Assembly: GCA_013239625.1 (NCBI GenBank)
Contig: MU055362.1
Coordinates: 14,615,405-14,679,404, forward strand
Source of the DNA: Lama guanicoe
Taxonomy: Eukaryota
DNA length: 64,000 nt
Reading direction: 5' to 3'
Shown: positions 23,815-36,800 of the stretch, piece by piece
Numbering within the stretch: the first letter of the stretch is position 1
How the letters are laid out: the number at the start of each line of letters is the position of its first letter
Program-made: the position numbers and the translations under genes
Notes under the pieces: model-generated
What the model was told of the DNA's origin: nothing
Databases searched by the model: none
The model's input: the letters and a program-made list of their open reading frames with translations, nothing else

Positions 23815-26800
23815 GGCTGGCTGGCCAGCCACTTGGGGCTCCAGCCAGGCTGGTTTTTGTTCCCCTCCTCCTCCCCCACCTCTGCAGCTATACGTTATTT
23901 CCATCTGGCGGGGAGAGGGCCGAGGAGGCTGAAGTTTCCCCTGTTGGTTTGGGCTGCAGGCCAGCAGTTTGCCTGGTGGTGGAGGAATGTCTCCACCGCT
24001 CAGGGTAATTAACAGCTTGTGTTAATGCAAGGCCAGGGTGGCAGCGTGGGCATGACTGTCCAGTCCATGTTCATGGTCCCTGTGCCCTCTGAGGCCCAGC
24101 GGGTAGGTGGCTCCCGGCTCTGGGGCACCCTACAGCAGCTTCTGTCTTGGGGCCATATTCCAAGTGGGGTCCAGCAGGGGTGGGAGAACCAGGCTGGTTG
24201 GTGGGGAAGGCTGGCCATGACGTCACTGTGGGGTCCCGGGTCCTCAGGCCCCTGGAGGACTGTCTGAGGGAAGGCCAGGCCTGTGGAGGTTGGCTAGTAT
24301 CTAGGCGGTGAGCTGACAGCCTCCTGCTGAGCTGAAGGCCGCCAGGACCTGGGAGGAGGGCCCAGACCGGGAGATGAAGTGAGGTCCTGGGGCTAGGGAG
24401 GGTCCTGCAGCAGCTGCCCTGTCATTGGGAACTGAGGCTTTGTCTTGTCTAGGGCCGTGAGGATGGCTGTCTCAGGGGCTGCCAATTCTGAGGTTCTGAG
24501 TGGGCCCCAGTGCCTCAGTACCCTTGGCAGCAAGAGGCTCTCAGGTGGAGAGATGAGGGCCTGAGTCCATCAATCCAAGATGCAGACCTGTGCAACCCCC
24601 TGCAACAATGAACTCTGGCCCAGGACATCCTTCGTCAGTTTGCTCACAGATTGCTGAGGCTTGAATTGGTTCCCGGGATGTTCTGTTTTGGTTTCAGTTT
24701 GCTGTTGGGGAAGGCCCACCGAGCATAGGAGCCTCTCTGGCCTGGTTTGGAAGACACTCCCAGAGGGGAGGGGAGGGGCCTGTTCTTTTCCTGTCCCACT
24801 CTGTTCCCTTCCAATATTTTAAGCTCTGAAACAAAAGCAGACCAAAGGATGCCTATGCCCATTCTATAGATAGAATAACTGAGGCACAGAAAAGTTGAGG
24901 GAAAGTGAGTCACCTGAAGTCAAAAACAGGACAGACCGGGGTTATTCCTGGGTCCCTGATTCCTATGCCTATAGGCAGCAAGTAGCTGTAGAGATGCTGA
25001 GGAAATCCCAGCAGGCCTCTTGGGGGAAGTGAGTTTAGGCTTTTGCTACAGGAGGCTCAGAAACTGTGCTTTCTGAGAACAGGGCTGTGATGCCAACATA
25101 GGCCTGACTCATAACCCTCCTGGGTCTGGGGTCTTCACAGCCTGTTCCCTTCAGAGAAATCAGGCTCTGCCCTTGTGCCAGGAGTCATCCCACAGTGGTT
25201 GGTAGCAGCTGTCCCCACCCGGCAGAGCCACGTCCCTAGCCTAAGGCCTGGTCCTTCACCCCAGGTGCCCACGCTGGTCTCCTTCCTGCACAGCTTGGCC
25301 TTCAGCCTTTATCACAGTACCAGCCCCATCTCCCCACCCCCAGAGAAGCTGCCTTGTCAAAGGCTTCTGGCTCTAGAAACTCTTAAGCACTTCAAGACCC
25401 AAAGGAAGGGCTTTCTAATGTTGAGATTAAAGACACCTGCTGAGGACAGAGAGCTGTTTGTTTTGGGGCTTGCTCCAAAGGAAGGCATGTCTGCTTTTCC
25501 ATGTGAGGTCAGGGCTGCTCAGAAGTTGAGTTCTGGCTTCGGGACCCTCCTGCCTTGTGCCACCAGCACAGCTATGTAGCACTGGAGCATCAGGAGGAGC
25601 CCCCATGTCTCTGGGTAGCAGCCACTGGCCAGGATGGCTTACGAGGAGACCCCACACAAAAGGAAGTCAGCTTGCTTTCAGACTGCCTGACTCCCTTTGC
25701 TTCCCATCCCATACCTAGGACCCCGAGGACACTTGGGGTCCTGTCTGGGAGTGGAGGAGGGAGACCCTTGACAAAAAGGGGGTTCTGTGGCAGGCCTGGA
25801 AAGGTGTAAGGCACCTCCCCTCCTGAGCAGTTCCCGATGGCTGTTTGAGGGGATGGGCTCAGGTAGCCTGACCCCCTAGGGCAGCCCAGTCTGGCACAGC
25901 AACCCTCTGAGGGAGCTACTGTCCCTGGAAGTAGGATTCTGTCCACCACCTACCGGCTGGGTGGCTTCAATCCCTTAATCCCTCTGGGCCTCAGCTATTC
26001 CTTCTGTGAAATGGAGACTGGTGGCTGCTTGGAAACTGGGCCTGGAGCAGGTGACCTCCCTGAGCCCTCTCCCAGATCTGGACTCTGTAGCTGGGACACT
26101 CCATAGGGCCCTGGGTATTAGGTGGAGAGAACCTCCCTGAGCATGACCTCTCCACTTTTCTGGGGTTCGTGTCTTTCCCCTTGGTGGACACAGCTGCTCA
26201 GCAGCAGATGTGTACACAGGGGTCTTGGAGCACTGTGTCCACCGTGCAGACCCACACTGTCTATTGCCGTCAGAAACAAGGAGGCCTCCTGGACTGTACA
26301 ACCAGCTTAACTAGAGAAACTAAGTGGGTGGAGGGGAGGAAGGAAAAGGGCCAACTGCAGATCCTTGGGAGGGTGGTTTCCCAGTTCAAGGAAGCTGGAT
26401 GTCTGATGGTGGGGGAGGGGAGGTGTGTTGTGCATCCTGCAAGCTGTCTTTGGAAAGAGTGGTAAGCAAGGCTTTTGAACTCTGGAACAAAGACCCAATT
26501 GTGATGCCTTTGACCTTAGGACATAGTGGGCGTGTTGAGGCATTTCCACTCAAATTGTTGGGGGCAGCAGCCCCAGTTAGTATCACCCTGCCCCCTGGGT
26601 CCTTGCCTTGCCCGTTGGGAGCCAGGACTTTGCCTGTGTTCCTCTCTCACTTGACTGAAAGTTCCTAGAGTGTCCATAGAGGGATGCAGCCACCTCTGGC
26701 TCTGCTTGCTCGTCACAGCCCTCTGGCAGGGACCATAGCCACCGAGGGATTTGGAAGTATGGTTGTGCTAGTGCTCTGTAATTTCATTGGTCTAAGGAGA

Positions 26801-29649
26801 AATGTGTCTCCAAGGCAATTCAGAGTCAGAAAACAGTAAACTAGGTCCAGGCCATGCACTTCACATGCATCATTTTACTGGAATCATGGACCAACCCCAT
26901 GTGGTAGAGGTGCTTTAACCATTTTGTGGCTGAAGTAACAGGCTAAGAAGTTAAGTCATTTCCCTAGAGTCCCAACAGCTGAGATCTCTCCCTTCTACAG
27001 AGGAAGTGGGAGGAGGGTGAGAATGGGCTGATCCTGGGAAGGGTCATCACTGAGCTGATGATGCTGCGGGTCAGGGACAGACATAGGCTAGTTGAGATGA
27101 CTGCAGGGCTCCCTGGAGCATCATTGCAGAAGGATAGCTCTGTGTCCCTCCTTCCAGCATGGTGCTCATGGGTAGAGGGAATTCTTGTTGTTAATTATTA
27201 CTTTGAACTTGGGGATGAGCTGCCGCTAAGAGGATCTGAGGAGGGTGATGTACACCCAATACCAAGGTCAAGCCTATTCCAGGGAATGTAAATGAACAGA
27301 AGTCAAAGATAACCACAAGTGGTGGGACCTGAGTGGCTTCAGGGAAAGCATTTTTGATCAAACAGCAGGCCTGGGGCCCAGCCATAAAAGGACTCTTTCT
27401 CTCCGTTGATCAACAGGGACAAATCTTGCAGAAAGATTCAACAGCTTTGTTAGCTTTGCCAACTATTGTCTTGTCCTTGAAAACCCCTCCACCCTGGACA
27501 TAAACAACAGTGCCTGAGATGATGTCTGAAATAACGTTCTTATCCCTCAAAGACCACATTGGCTTTACCTTCCAGCAGGCAAAATCTGGTCTGAGTTCTG
27601 GCAGAGTGGTACTGGCAGGGTTCCAGTTGCTCTGATTTCTGTGTTGAGCAAAGCTGCCTCCAGCTTTGCAGGATGGTTTCCTTCTCTCAGGACTAGGGGC
27701 CAGGGCTGGATGTGGGGACATGAGTCAGCAGATGCTTTTTCTTCTTCTGCTTCAGCTTTCCTTCTCTGAGTCTTTGCTTCCTTCCTGGCACTGGAGTTCT
27801 TATACTTCCTCGGAGGCACATAGCTGTAGGACTAAGGTTAAAAGCATTGTGTTGGCAAGGGATGTTGAGCTCCTGGGCCATCCAGGTGAGAAATTGTACA
27901 GGTGAGAACACTAAGCCTTGGAGTTTGAGAATCTTCAGTTCCCTCCCAAGTCAGTGCTTTAGTCCCAACTGCGTTGTGAGCAGAGGACAGACATCCACTC
28001 AGACTTGCTCAAGAGATTATTCAATGGATTTGGGAAAACCTCACCAGAACCCAAGCAGAAAGCTGGCATGAGACACAGCAGCTGCTCTTCTCTCTGTCTC
28101 TCTCCTGGGGGCCATGTGGATTTAAAGCAGTGGTCTCCTAACTGCAGACTAGTCTTCCTTCTCTTTATGTTCATTCATAACAGCAGCCTGCTGTTGGTTT
28201 GTAAGGGCTCGACTTTTCAGTTGAGGTAACCGCCACCAACTGACAATGGTCTCTGGTTCTCCGAGTTCAAATTTTAAAGTTTGAATCTGATTGGTTCCTG
28301 GCCAACCAGTGGAGTGACAGATCTTGGATCAGGTGTCCAGCCCTGGGCCAATCAGCTGTGTCTAGAAGTGCCATGGGGTATAAACATGGCTACCTTGCCA
28401 GCCTCTTCAGCAGTGGCTGTTGGAGGACAGGTTTTAAAGAAAGGTGATATAGGGGAGTATGGTACCCCAGAACATGTTGGCTATTTACTTAGCAGCTGTG
28501 TGTGTGGAGAAAGTGGAGAAAGCAAAGAATCAGGAATCTGAATATTGGGTTTAAGATCTAATGCTACCCTAACTGGCTGGTATAAGCAGGAATCCATTTC
28601 CTCATGCGTATAAGAGAACAGTGACACATACTATGTCGGATTTTTTTTTTCCTCAATAAGATGTAACCATTTATTATTTGACAAATATTTTTATCAGTAA
28701 GACACAGTAATAAGCTCTCCTCTCAGATCTATGTGCCATAATGATTATTTCATGCTGTCGAAGATGATGCATTCTTCAGCCATATCTTAACATTGAAGGT
28801 GTATCTATCCAGTTATTTAGCTGCTTCTTCTGAACGTTGTTATAATTGGTTCCATGTGGGCTTTCTAGAACTGAGAAATGCACTGTATATACTTTATTTA
28901 TCCACTCATTTGTTTGTTTCACAATTTTTGAATGCCTCTTTTGTCTCAGGCCCCGTGCTGATTGGGTGCGTGCTCATAGATTCCTGCCTTTATGGAGCTT
29001 AAACTCTGATTGATGTGAGCATTCTGGGTACTGAAGGGGCAGACTGTGTAGTGAGCCTGGGGTAGCTTTGCAGACTTTCTGATGTCTTAAATGCACTTCT
29101 CCTGTATATTTTCTATGTGTTTACTTAGATTGTGTGCTTACTAAGGAACCACCTGGTGGGTAATTCAGACTGCCAAGCTGCTCTAGAAAAGAGATGTCCC
29201 AATAAAGATAGTGTAGGCTGTTTCTAGAAAGGCAAGTTTATTGCTGTCTGCGTTACAGATAAGGGAATTAACACTGTTAACTCTGCAAAGCCTTGTAAGA
29301 GTTTGGTTCCAGTGAGCCAACCCCCATTTAGACGTGGTGACTGGTCCCCACGAGGTCCTGTCCCAGCCGGCAGAAGGCCTTGGTCTCTGACAGGTCTTCT
29401 CTTCCCAAGGAAGGCACGTGTATGTTCCTGCCAAGTCAGCCTAATCAGCAATTCCAAAATCCATTCTGGTCCAAGACTGTCTCTGGTGTGCAGTTGTTAG
29501 CCACTTCATGAAGCTGGCTGGAAGGCAAACAGCCATTGAGCGTGAAGCCCAGGCTAGCACTGAGCATCCTAATCCAGCCGTGGGCCCTCCAGCCCAGCTT
29601 CAGTCACCCAGGCTAGAGGTGGTTTTGAGAATGAGATTGCACTAGCAAT

Positions 29650-29865
29650 TAAAAATACGGGTTTAACTTAGATAAGCCTGATTTTGATTGGCACTTACTA
29701 GTGGTGACCCTGGGAAGTTACTGGAATCCTCTAAGCATCAGTTTCCTTACCTGCGAAGTAGCCGTCATGGCACCCACAGTTACAGGTTGGTGTCAGCTAG
29801 TTCAAGAGGAATTCAGTGCTTAGTGCAGGGCCTGACACAGTAAGTACTCAGTACATGATAGTTGT
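29650..29865 (+). mobile_element. MIR SINE
   Basis: tcagtttccttacctg...gtgcttagtgcagggcctgacacagtaagtactca. Confidence 0.7.
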
Positions 29866-32800
29866 TAGGCAGACTGCTGGACTGGGCCAGCTCTGCCGCA
29901 AACTGACCTTGGAAACCACAGCTACTCACTTGCCCTCTTGTGGCCTCAGTTTCCACACCTGGCTAGAAACTGGACTGCACTTGGTGGTATCTGAGGGGTC
30001 TCTCAGCCCTGATGGTTTGTGAGGTGGGTAGGGCACAGTACAGTGATGGCAGGAAACCATGCTGGGGACCAGAGTCGCCCCCCTGAAGCCCTTGCTTGGC
30101 AGCTGTCCTTGGGCCCAGCCCATGACAGAGAGAAGAGTTGGAGACAGGAGTCAAATTCCCTTTGGTGACCCAGGAGTAGACCTCATAGGATCAGTAGTCT
30201 TCATGCAAGGCTGGGGAGAGGAGAGGCTCACCAATGACACCATCATGCTGGCTATCACTCAGTGGGTCTGTTGCATGGCACAGAGCTGAAGTGCTGGGGG
30301 GGTGGGGACTATGCAGTCAGGAGAGGCTGCCTGGAGGAGTTGGAGGCATTGAGCTGGGCCTGGGAGATGGGAGCTAGACAGGCAGAGAGAGGAAGGAATT
30401 CCAGCTCCACAGGAGTGGACTGCCAGGCGGAAGGCTGGGCCCGTGGGGGCTAAGTCAGCAAGGCAGGTGTGTGGTGACCACAGGAGGTATGTCCTGATGA
30501 AGAAAGCGGAAGTTGAGCAGCAGTATGTGGGGAGGAAGGATGGGGTCATGGAAAGTAGGAGAATAAGAGAGGGACCTGAGTATAGTAGTATTTGAAGCAA
30601 GCGATCCCGGCTGCCGAGGGGAAGACGGCAGGGGAAGGTGTGTCCAGGATGGGAAATAGCTCTTCCCTTGAGCTAGGTCTTCCTGGGCTCTTGTCAGGGA
30701 GGCATCCAAGGGCTTGGCAGCTATGCGTGCTGCCAGGCAGCCGGGTGGGGCAGTGGGTCCTGGGTGCTCCCTCTGTCTCACCTCCACCTGCAGGTGCAGT
30801 GGCTAATCACTCTGACCTCACATTGGCTCCATGTACCTATTGTGTCCCAAGGCCTTTTCCTGAGCAAAAGATGTGGTTCGGTGGTGACCTTGGAAATCCA
30901 GCTGAAGTTCCAGAGTGACACCAGCTCATCCCAGCCTCAGCCCCAGGGCAACACCTGGCTGCCTCCCCTTCTCGGGGCAAACAAATTTGCATTGAGTCTG
31001 TTACCAAACATCTCAAATGCTGCTTTTCTGGGTTTGAACACTAGGGGACAGATTTAAGCACACATTGCCCAGGCTCCAACAAGGACAATCTTCAGGTGAT
31101 CAGTTGTCTCTAAGTTCGTATTACTTGACTAAGTGCCAGGCTGGTGCCCAGAGGTGACAGAGGCCAACAAAGTCCCACGCTTACGGGGCTCACATGTGGT
31201 AGAGAAATAGTCACAAGTAAACAAGGAAATCAATTCTAGATTTTGAGAAGTGCAATGCAGGAAATACCCGGCACTACAATAGCGATTAAGCAGAGAAAAG
31301 AGCTGATGGAGTGGGGCAAGGAAAGTCCTCTCTGGAGAGGTGCCGGTAAAGCTGAGAACGCATGGAGCCTGGTGAAGTGAGGAAGAACCAGAGGCCACAT
31401 GCTTTTGGGGAGAGGTGGAGAGTGATGGCAGAGAAGTAGGAGAGGCCTGGTGGTACCAGGCCAGGGCATGCTGTTCTAGGTGTAATGGCCGCCACACACC
31501 AGGTGGGAGTCTTGCAGTGTAGCCAACAGGTGACTCTACTCCCCTCCCCAGAAATACCCTGGCCCAGGTGCCCCGGAAACGGGCAGCAGTGGAGCCCCTG
31601 TGCCCCCACCCCACCACACACACACAGGGCCTCTGTCCCCAGGAGAAACGAGACCTTACTGCAATACCGAAATGCAAGGAAGAAGTCTCCCCACACTGTG
31701 TTTCCGCATTCTTACATAACAGATTTCACCCTGCACTGCGGCACTTTGTGGGATATCATTTGTCAGGACCTCAGGGATTTGGGGTTGAAAAATTGCTGCC
31801 CCTTTTTCTTTCCCCAGATCACCCTGCGGCCGTGTGATATTACACCCCTCAGCTGTTGGGTTTTCAGTAATCACTCTGGGGGATGTGAGGTTTGCCCCCG
31901 GGAAACCACCTTCATCTCTATCAGCTGTTTTCAGATTCCATAACCTCATCCTCTGGGTTCCCAGCGCTGACCTGGACTCCTTGGCCTCGTGCAGGGGAAC
32001 AGCCAGGGTGATCCAGTTAAGCCAGTCGTGAGGCCTGGTGGGAGTCGGTGTTCACTGGGGCTCTCCATCCTGGGAGCTGAGCTGTCGAATCCCAGAAGGT
32101 GGAGGGAAGCTTCTGGCTCATGTAATGCCCAACTTCATTTCTGCCTCTGTTTGAAATGTACGGAGTTGTTGCTGTATGGAGTTGTTGGGGTGGGTGTTGC
32201 TTCAGTTAATTGTCTCAGCCCCAGTTCTACATCCCCTCTTAGGCACCTCTCAGCCTCGTGCTAAAATGCATCTGCTAAGCTTTTATTGAACTGGATTGTG
32301 GGGGAGTGGCCCAGGCACCATGGGAGGTGAGAGAAAGCCAAACTCAGAGAAGGAGTCTGCCAGGGACTGGCCGTAAACTAAGCGAACTGTGAATGGGTTT
32401 CTGACCGAGGCTGGTGTGCTGGGTAGCAGATCCCTCTGCCCTGCTATATCTGGCCCATTGGCCTTGCCACGGGCTGTCCTTGAACTACCATGTCCGGGAA
32501 CCTTGTGTTTTAAGGGATGTTCTAAGCACAGTGGTCTGAAGCCTGCGTGTCCTCTTAGACTTGTGCTAGGGGTTGTTACCAGATAGGTCAAGTCTGCTTA
32601 GGGAGTGAGTGCCTGCTTATGCCAGTGAGTAGGGGATTTGGGACATTTTTCAAGGTGACCGCTTTCTGAATCAGAATATTTTATGTTTTACAAGATATAA
32701 AACCTATAAAACCATATAGTTTATACAACATCTTGTAAGAGGAACAGCAGATGTTGGCATTCTCACCTTCTGCGGCGGAAATTGAAGCCCAGAGTAGTTA

Positions 32801-33439
32801 AGTGACTTGCCCAGAGGTTGCGCAGCTGGGAGCTGGGGCGTGGGCTTCTACACTATTTATTCAGTGCTGTTTACCCTGTGTTTGGAAATCTGGATGTTTG
32901 CATTTCTCTTCCTTGTAGATTTTACTTCTTTGAAAAGCCAAACCCTGGAGTGCTCTGCTGTGTGAGTTCTCCAGGCCACAGGGAGCAGGAGAGCAGAGGT
33001 CAGTCTCGCTGAAGCGCCCCAGCTCGGGTAGGAGAAAGGCCGAAGGGTAGGGAAGAGGGAATATGAAAGGAAAGGGGAGTTTGCTAACTCAGTTTCCTGC
33101 CGAAGTGTTGTGTGAGTGTTCCAGCCTTTGGCTCAGCCAGGTCCGTGGGGCGAGGCTGGACTGGATGGGTGGGTGGGTCAAGGGCACTTGTGATCTCCCC
33201 AGAGATCTGCTCACCAGGACTGAGTGTGTGAGAGCAGAGCCTGGGATATGCCGCTCAGGCCCCCAGCCCACTGTGCCCTCCCTTTTGTCCAGGTAAATAG
33301 ACCTGTCCTGCCCCTCCCATAACCCCACATGACCCAGTGAAGAGCTCCATCCCCCCTCCTTCCCCCCTCACACCTGTCTTTCAGCAGTCTCAGCCCTGCC
33401 CGACATCCTACACACAGGGACTGCTTCCATAGGATACAG

Positions 33440-33860
33440 TTTGCTCATTCAGTCAACAAACACTGAGTGCCTACTGTGTGCCCAGGACTGGGGTGCAGTT
33501 GACAAGAAGTAACCATCTCTATCTTCCCATTGCTGGAGGTGACGACTTTCTAGGGCTCTTACCTGCAGAGTAAAGGCCACAATGCAGTGAATCCATCATG
33601 TTCACAGTGCACCTACCACGTGCACAGCAGAAAGCACTGTGCTACTGAGGCCAGGCAGTATTCCTGTGGGGACGGCAGGGCGGGAACTGAAGTCACAGTC
33701 TGCTCCAGGTGCTGTGGGCTTTCATGAATAGTGTCAGGTTCAGAGATGGGGCAATGCCTGGGTTGGGTGGTCAGGGAAGTGTTCTGGAGAAGGGGGCCTT
33801 GAACAAGAAGCTGAAGGAGCAGGGTGCTCCAAGCTGAGTGAAGGACAGGTGCAGAGGTGT
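33440..33860 (-). mobile_element. L2 3' fragment
   Basis: cattcagtcaacaaacactgagtgcctactgtgtgccc...tggtcagggaag. Confidence 0.65.
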
Positions 33861-36800
33861 GGGCGGTGGCACGGGTAAGGGGGATCTGGCAAAGTGCCGT
33901 TGCTGCCCCAGGGGAGACATTCCCCTGGCAATAAACAGGCCGGAGGGGTGCCTGGAGGGCCTGGAGGGCCTCAAACATCAGGTGAAGGAGACAAGCTAGG
34001 GGAGACATTTCTGACCACCTGCATGAACCGTTCCTTTGAAGGCAGGAGGAACAGAGGCTTGAAGCCACTTGCCTAGTGTCCCACAGTGAGTTTGTGGCAG
34101 GGCTGCTGCATGGCTGGGGACCGTTAGTGCAGCGGTGACTCTCTCTGAGGTGTGCTGGCATCTCCCGGCACCTCTGAGGCCACACTGCCCGCCCAGGGCT
34201 GGGTGCACCCCATCTTGCCCCTGGCTGCCCAGCCTGTCCCCCAGGCGAGGGCGGGAGGTGAGCCAGCTCACCTACTCCATGCCCTGCACCCCCCAGCCTG
34301 GTGCAGCAGCTGGAGCCTGGACACAGCAGAGCAGAGTGGCACTTCCTGCATATACTCCCCAACCCCATGCGTTCAGACAGGCTCAGGGAGGTACCCTCCC
34401 CACAGCAAGACCATTTTCAGACACCCCTACTTGAGAATGCGACTCCCCTTAAAGCAACGCTTCTGAGGTGGGGCTGTCCTCCCCACTGGCTGCGGGGCTC
34501 CCTGCCAGACTGAGGCACTGCCTCCTGCCTCCGCAGCCTCTTACGTTCCTCCCTCCCCGCCGGAAAGGTAGTGGGATCGCTGTTGAGGTTGGCTAGGCCT
34601 CCAGGCCCTGTGTTTCTGGACACTCTGTCTTTTCTCGTTTGTTTTCTGTACTTCTGACCGGCGCCCTCACAAGGTCTCCGACTTCTCCCTGCTCAGCGTG
34701 CTCAGCGTCTTTCAGCGGGATTTTGAACTGCTGTGATCAGGATGCACCGGCAGCAAGGCCTGGGGTTTGGGCCCTGCACCAGTGCCTGTGGTGTTGACTA
34801 CAGGCTCCTCCCCATCTTGGCCAAGTGACCTCCCTGTGCCCCAGGGGGGCTTTCTGCCAATTCCAGCCACCTACTTCTTGCTCGAGGCATTGGGTCAAGG
34901 GGTTGCCACTTGGCGCAGTGCTCAGACTGTCCCCTCAATGGGCAGAGCGGCCATGTGCCCTGGTGGGAGGAATGCCAAGCTTTGCATAAGAGGATCTCAG
35001 TCAGTCTAGGTTCCAGGCTCAGTCACCCACTAACCAGGTAATCTCAGGCAAGTCCCATCCACTGGCTCTACCTCCTGAGCATCAGCTTTCCTCACCTGTA
35101 GAATGGAGGTGTGATTAGGAGCAAAGACAGCGGCCACAGCTGCTCTCCAGATACTAAGCTCCCCCATTCCCCTGACCATCATGCCTTCACTAAGCCAGGC
35201 AAGAAGCAGGCCTTTCATCTCCATAGTTCCAGAACTCCTAAGAGCCCCTCTAACCCCTGGGGCTCCGAGAAAAAGCCAGTTTTCAGCTTAGAGGGAGGAG
35301 GCAAGGGGAATCTGACCATGCTGGCAGCTTTCAGCCGGCACTTCGAGCAGCCAAATGGGTCACTGGCTGCAAATGTCCCTGGGTTTGTAATGATGATCAC
35401 AGGGCCCGTGGGCTCCTGGACACCTTTGGAATGGGCTTTGTGAGGCCAAATGTTCCGCAGATTAAATTTCCGGAGCAAGAACAGCTGAGAAATAGTCTTG
35501 AGCTTTGCTAAGCCATTTCTATGCTATGCAGCGAATGGGGTGTGTTTTGTTCGTGTGTGTGTGTTCGTGTGTTCATGTTTGTGTTCTCCCCTAGGGAGGA
35601 GGTAGGCAAAAGAGGAAGACTGTCCAATCCTGAGCCTCCCTCTCTCCTTCAATTTGCATCAGCCAATGGGACAGCTGATGCTGCTGTGTTTTCCATGATG
35701 GTGCTGGTAACAGAAGGAATATGATTAGCATTGTGGAATTTCGTGGTAGGGGTTGGGGGTGGCTTTTTCCCCCCTTTTAAAATAAAGTAATATTTTGAAG
35801 AGTTGCCCTGGAGAACTGCTGAAAGCAGAGAGGCTGGCAGACATTTTTGGTCATGTCAGACGAGGACAAGATTATCCAAGTGAGCAAGGGTTTCTCTCCC
35901 CGGCAGCCGTGCTATGGGGTTCCAGGGCCATTCTACCAGAGAGCGAGCAAGGGACGGTAATCACAAACAGGCCAGGATCAGTTACAACCAGAAGTATTAC
36001 TTTGGACTCTTGGCTTTGATGGGGGAAGAATGCAGTTTTCCTCACCCCTCCTCCCTCATCCTTCTCAAGTTAAACAAGATCTGTGAAAGCAGTCACTCTG
36101 GGACTTAAAGAGAGGCCAAAATGCAAGCCAGCCCAGGGTCTCAAAGGCCCAGCATGGAAGGGTTCCACCCCCTTCCACTGGTTTAGGGGCAGGGGTTTGT
36201 CCAGCCCATTTGTTGCCTCGTTTTCTCCATGAGGTGAACTGGAGAAGACCATTTCCCCCGAATCTTTCTTGTCTACCTGGGGCATCCTTGCCTCTGTCTT
36301 GCCCACCAACCAAGTGTCCTGACCTGTCTGTGTATCTCAGCCAGCATTTTCTACATGTTTGTCATGTACTGAGCACAGTGGGGTTGGGGATACAATGAAA
36401 ATGGCTTAGCACATTGGAGCAGACCCTGACCAGCCTGTAAAGATAATGAAATAATGGGGCTTTCAGCCCTCTTGGCCTCAAACCGGCCCTGGGGACCTGC
36501 TTCTCCTCCTTTGTTTGCCTCCACCAGCACTATCTAGGCAAGCATCACGTCAAGTGTCTCACACTTGGGCATAAATAATGCTGCTCCCTGAAGTATTGAT
36601 ACTTTGAGAGGCATTCCCCCTGGCACTGTTAGTGGGAGAAGAGCCAGGGTTGGCGACCATCTAAACCTCCTTGCCAACAGAGCCAGGCTGTAGCCGACTG
36701 TTCCTTGGAGGAGAGAGAGGAAGTTGACCTCTTCCTCAGGGCTCTGCACGGGGAGAGGGAGCACCCAGAGTCCTAACGCGAAGTCTCCCTGATGAGGGCT

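Noticed and set aside
23389-24012. ORFs spanning X runs
   Set aside because: Artefacts of reading through the N gap.
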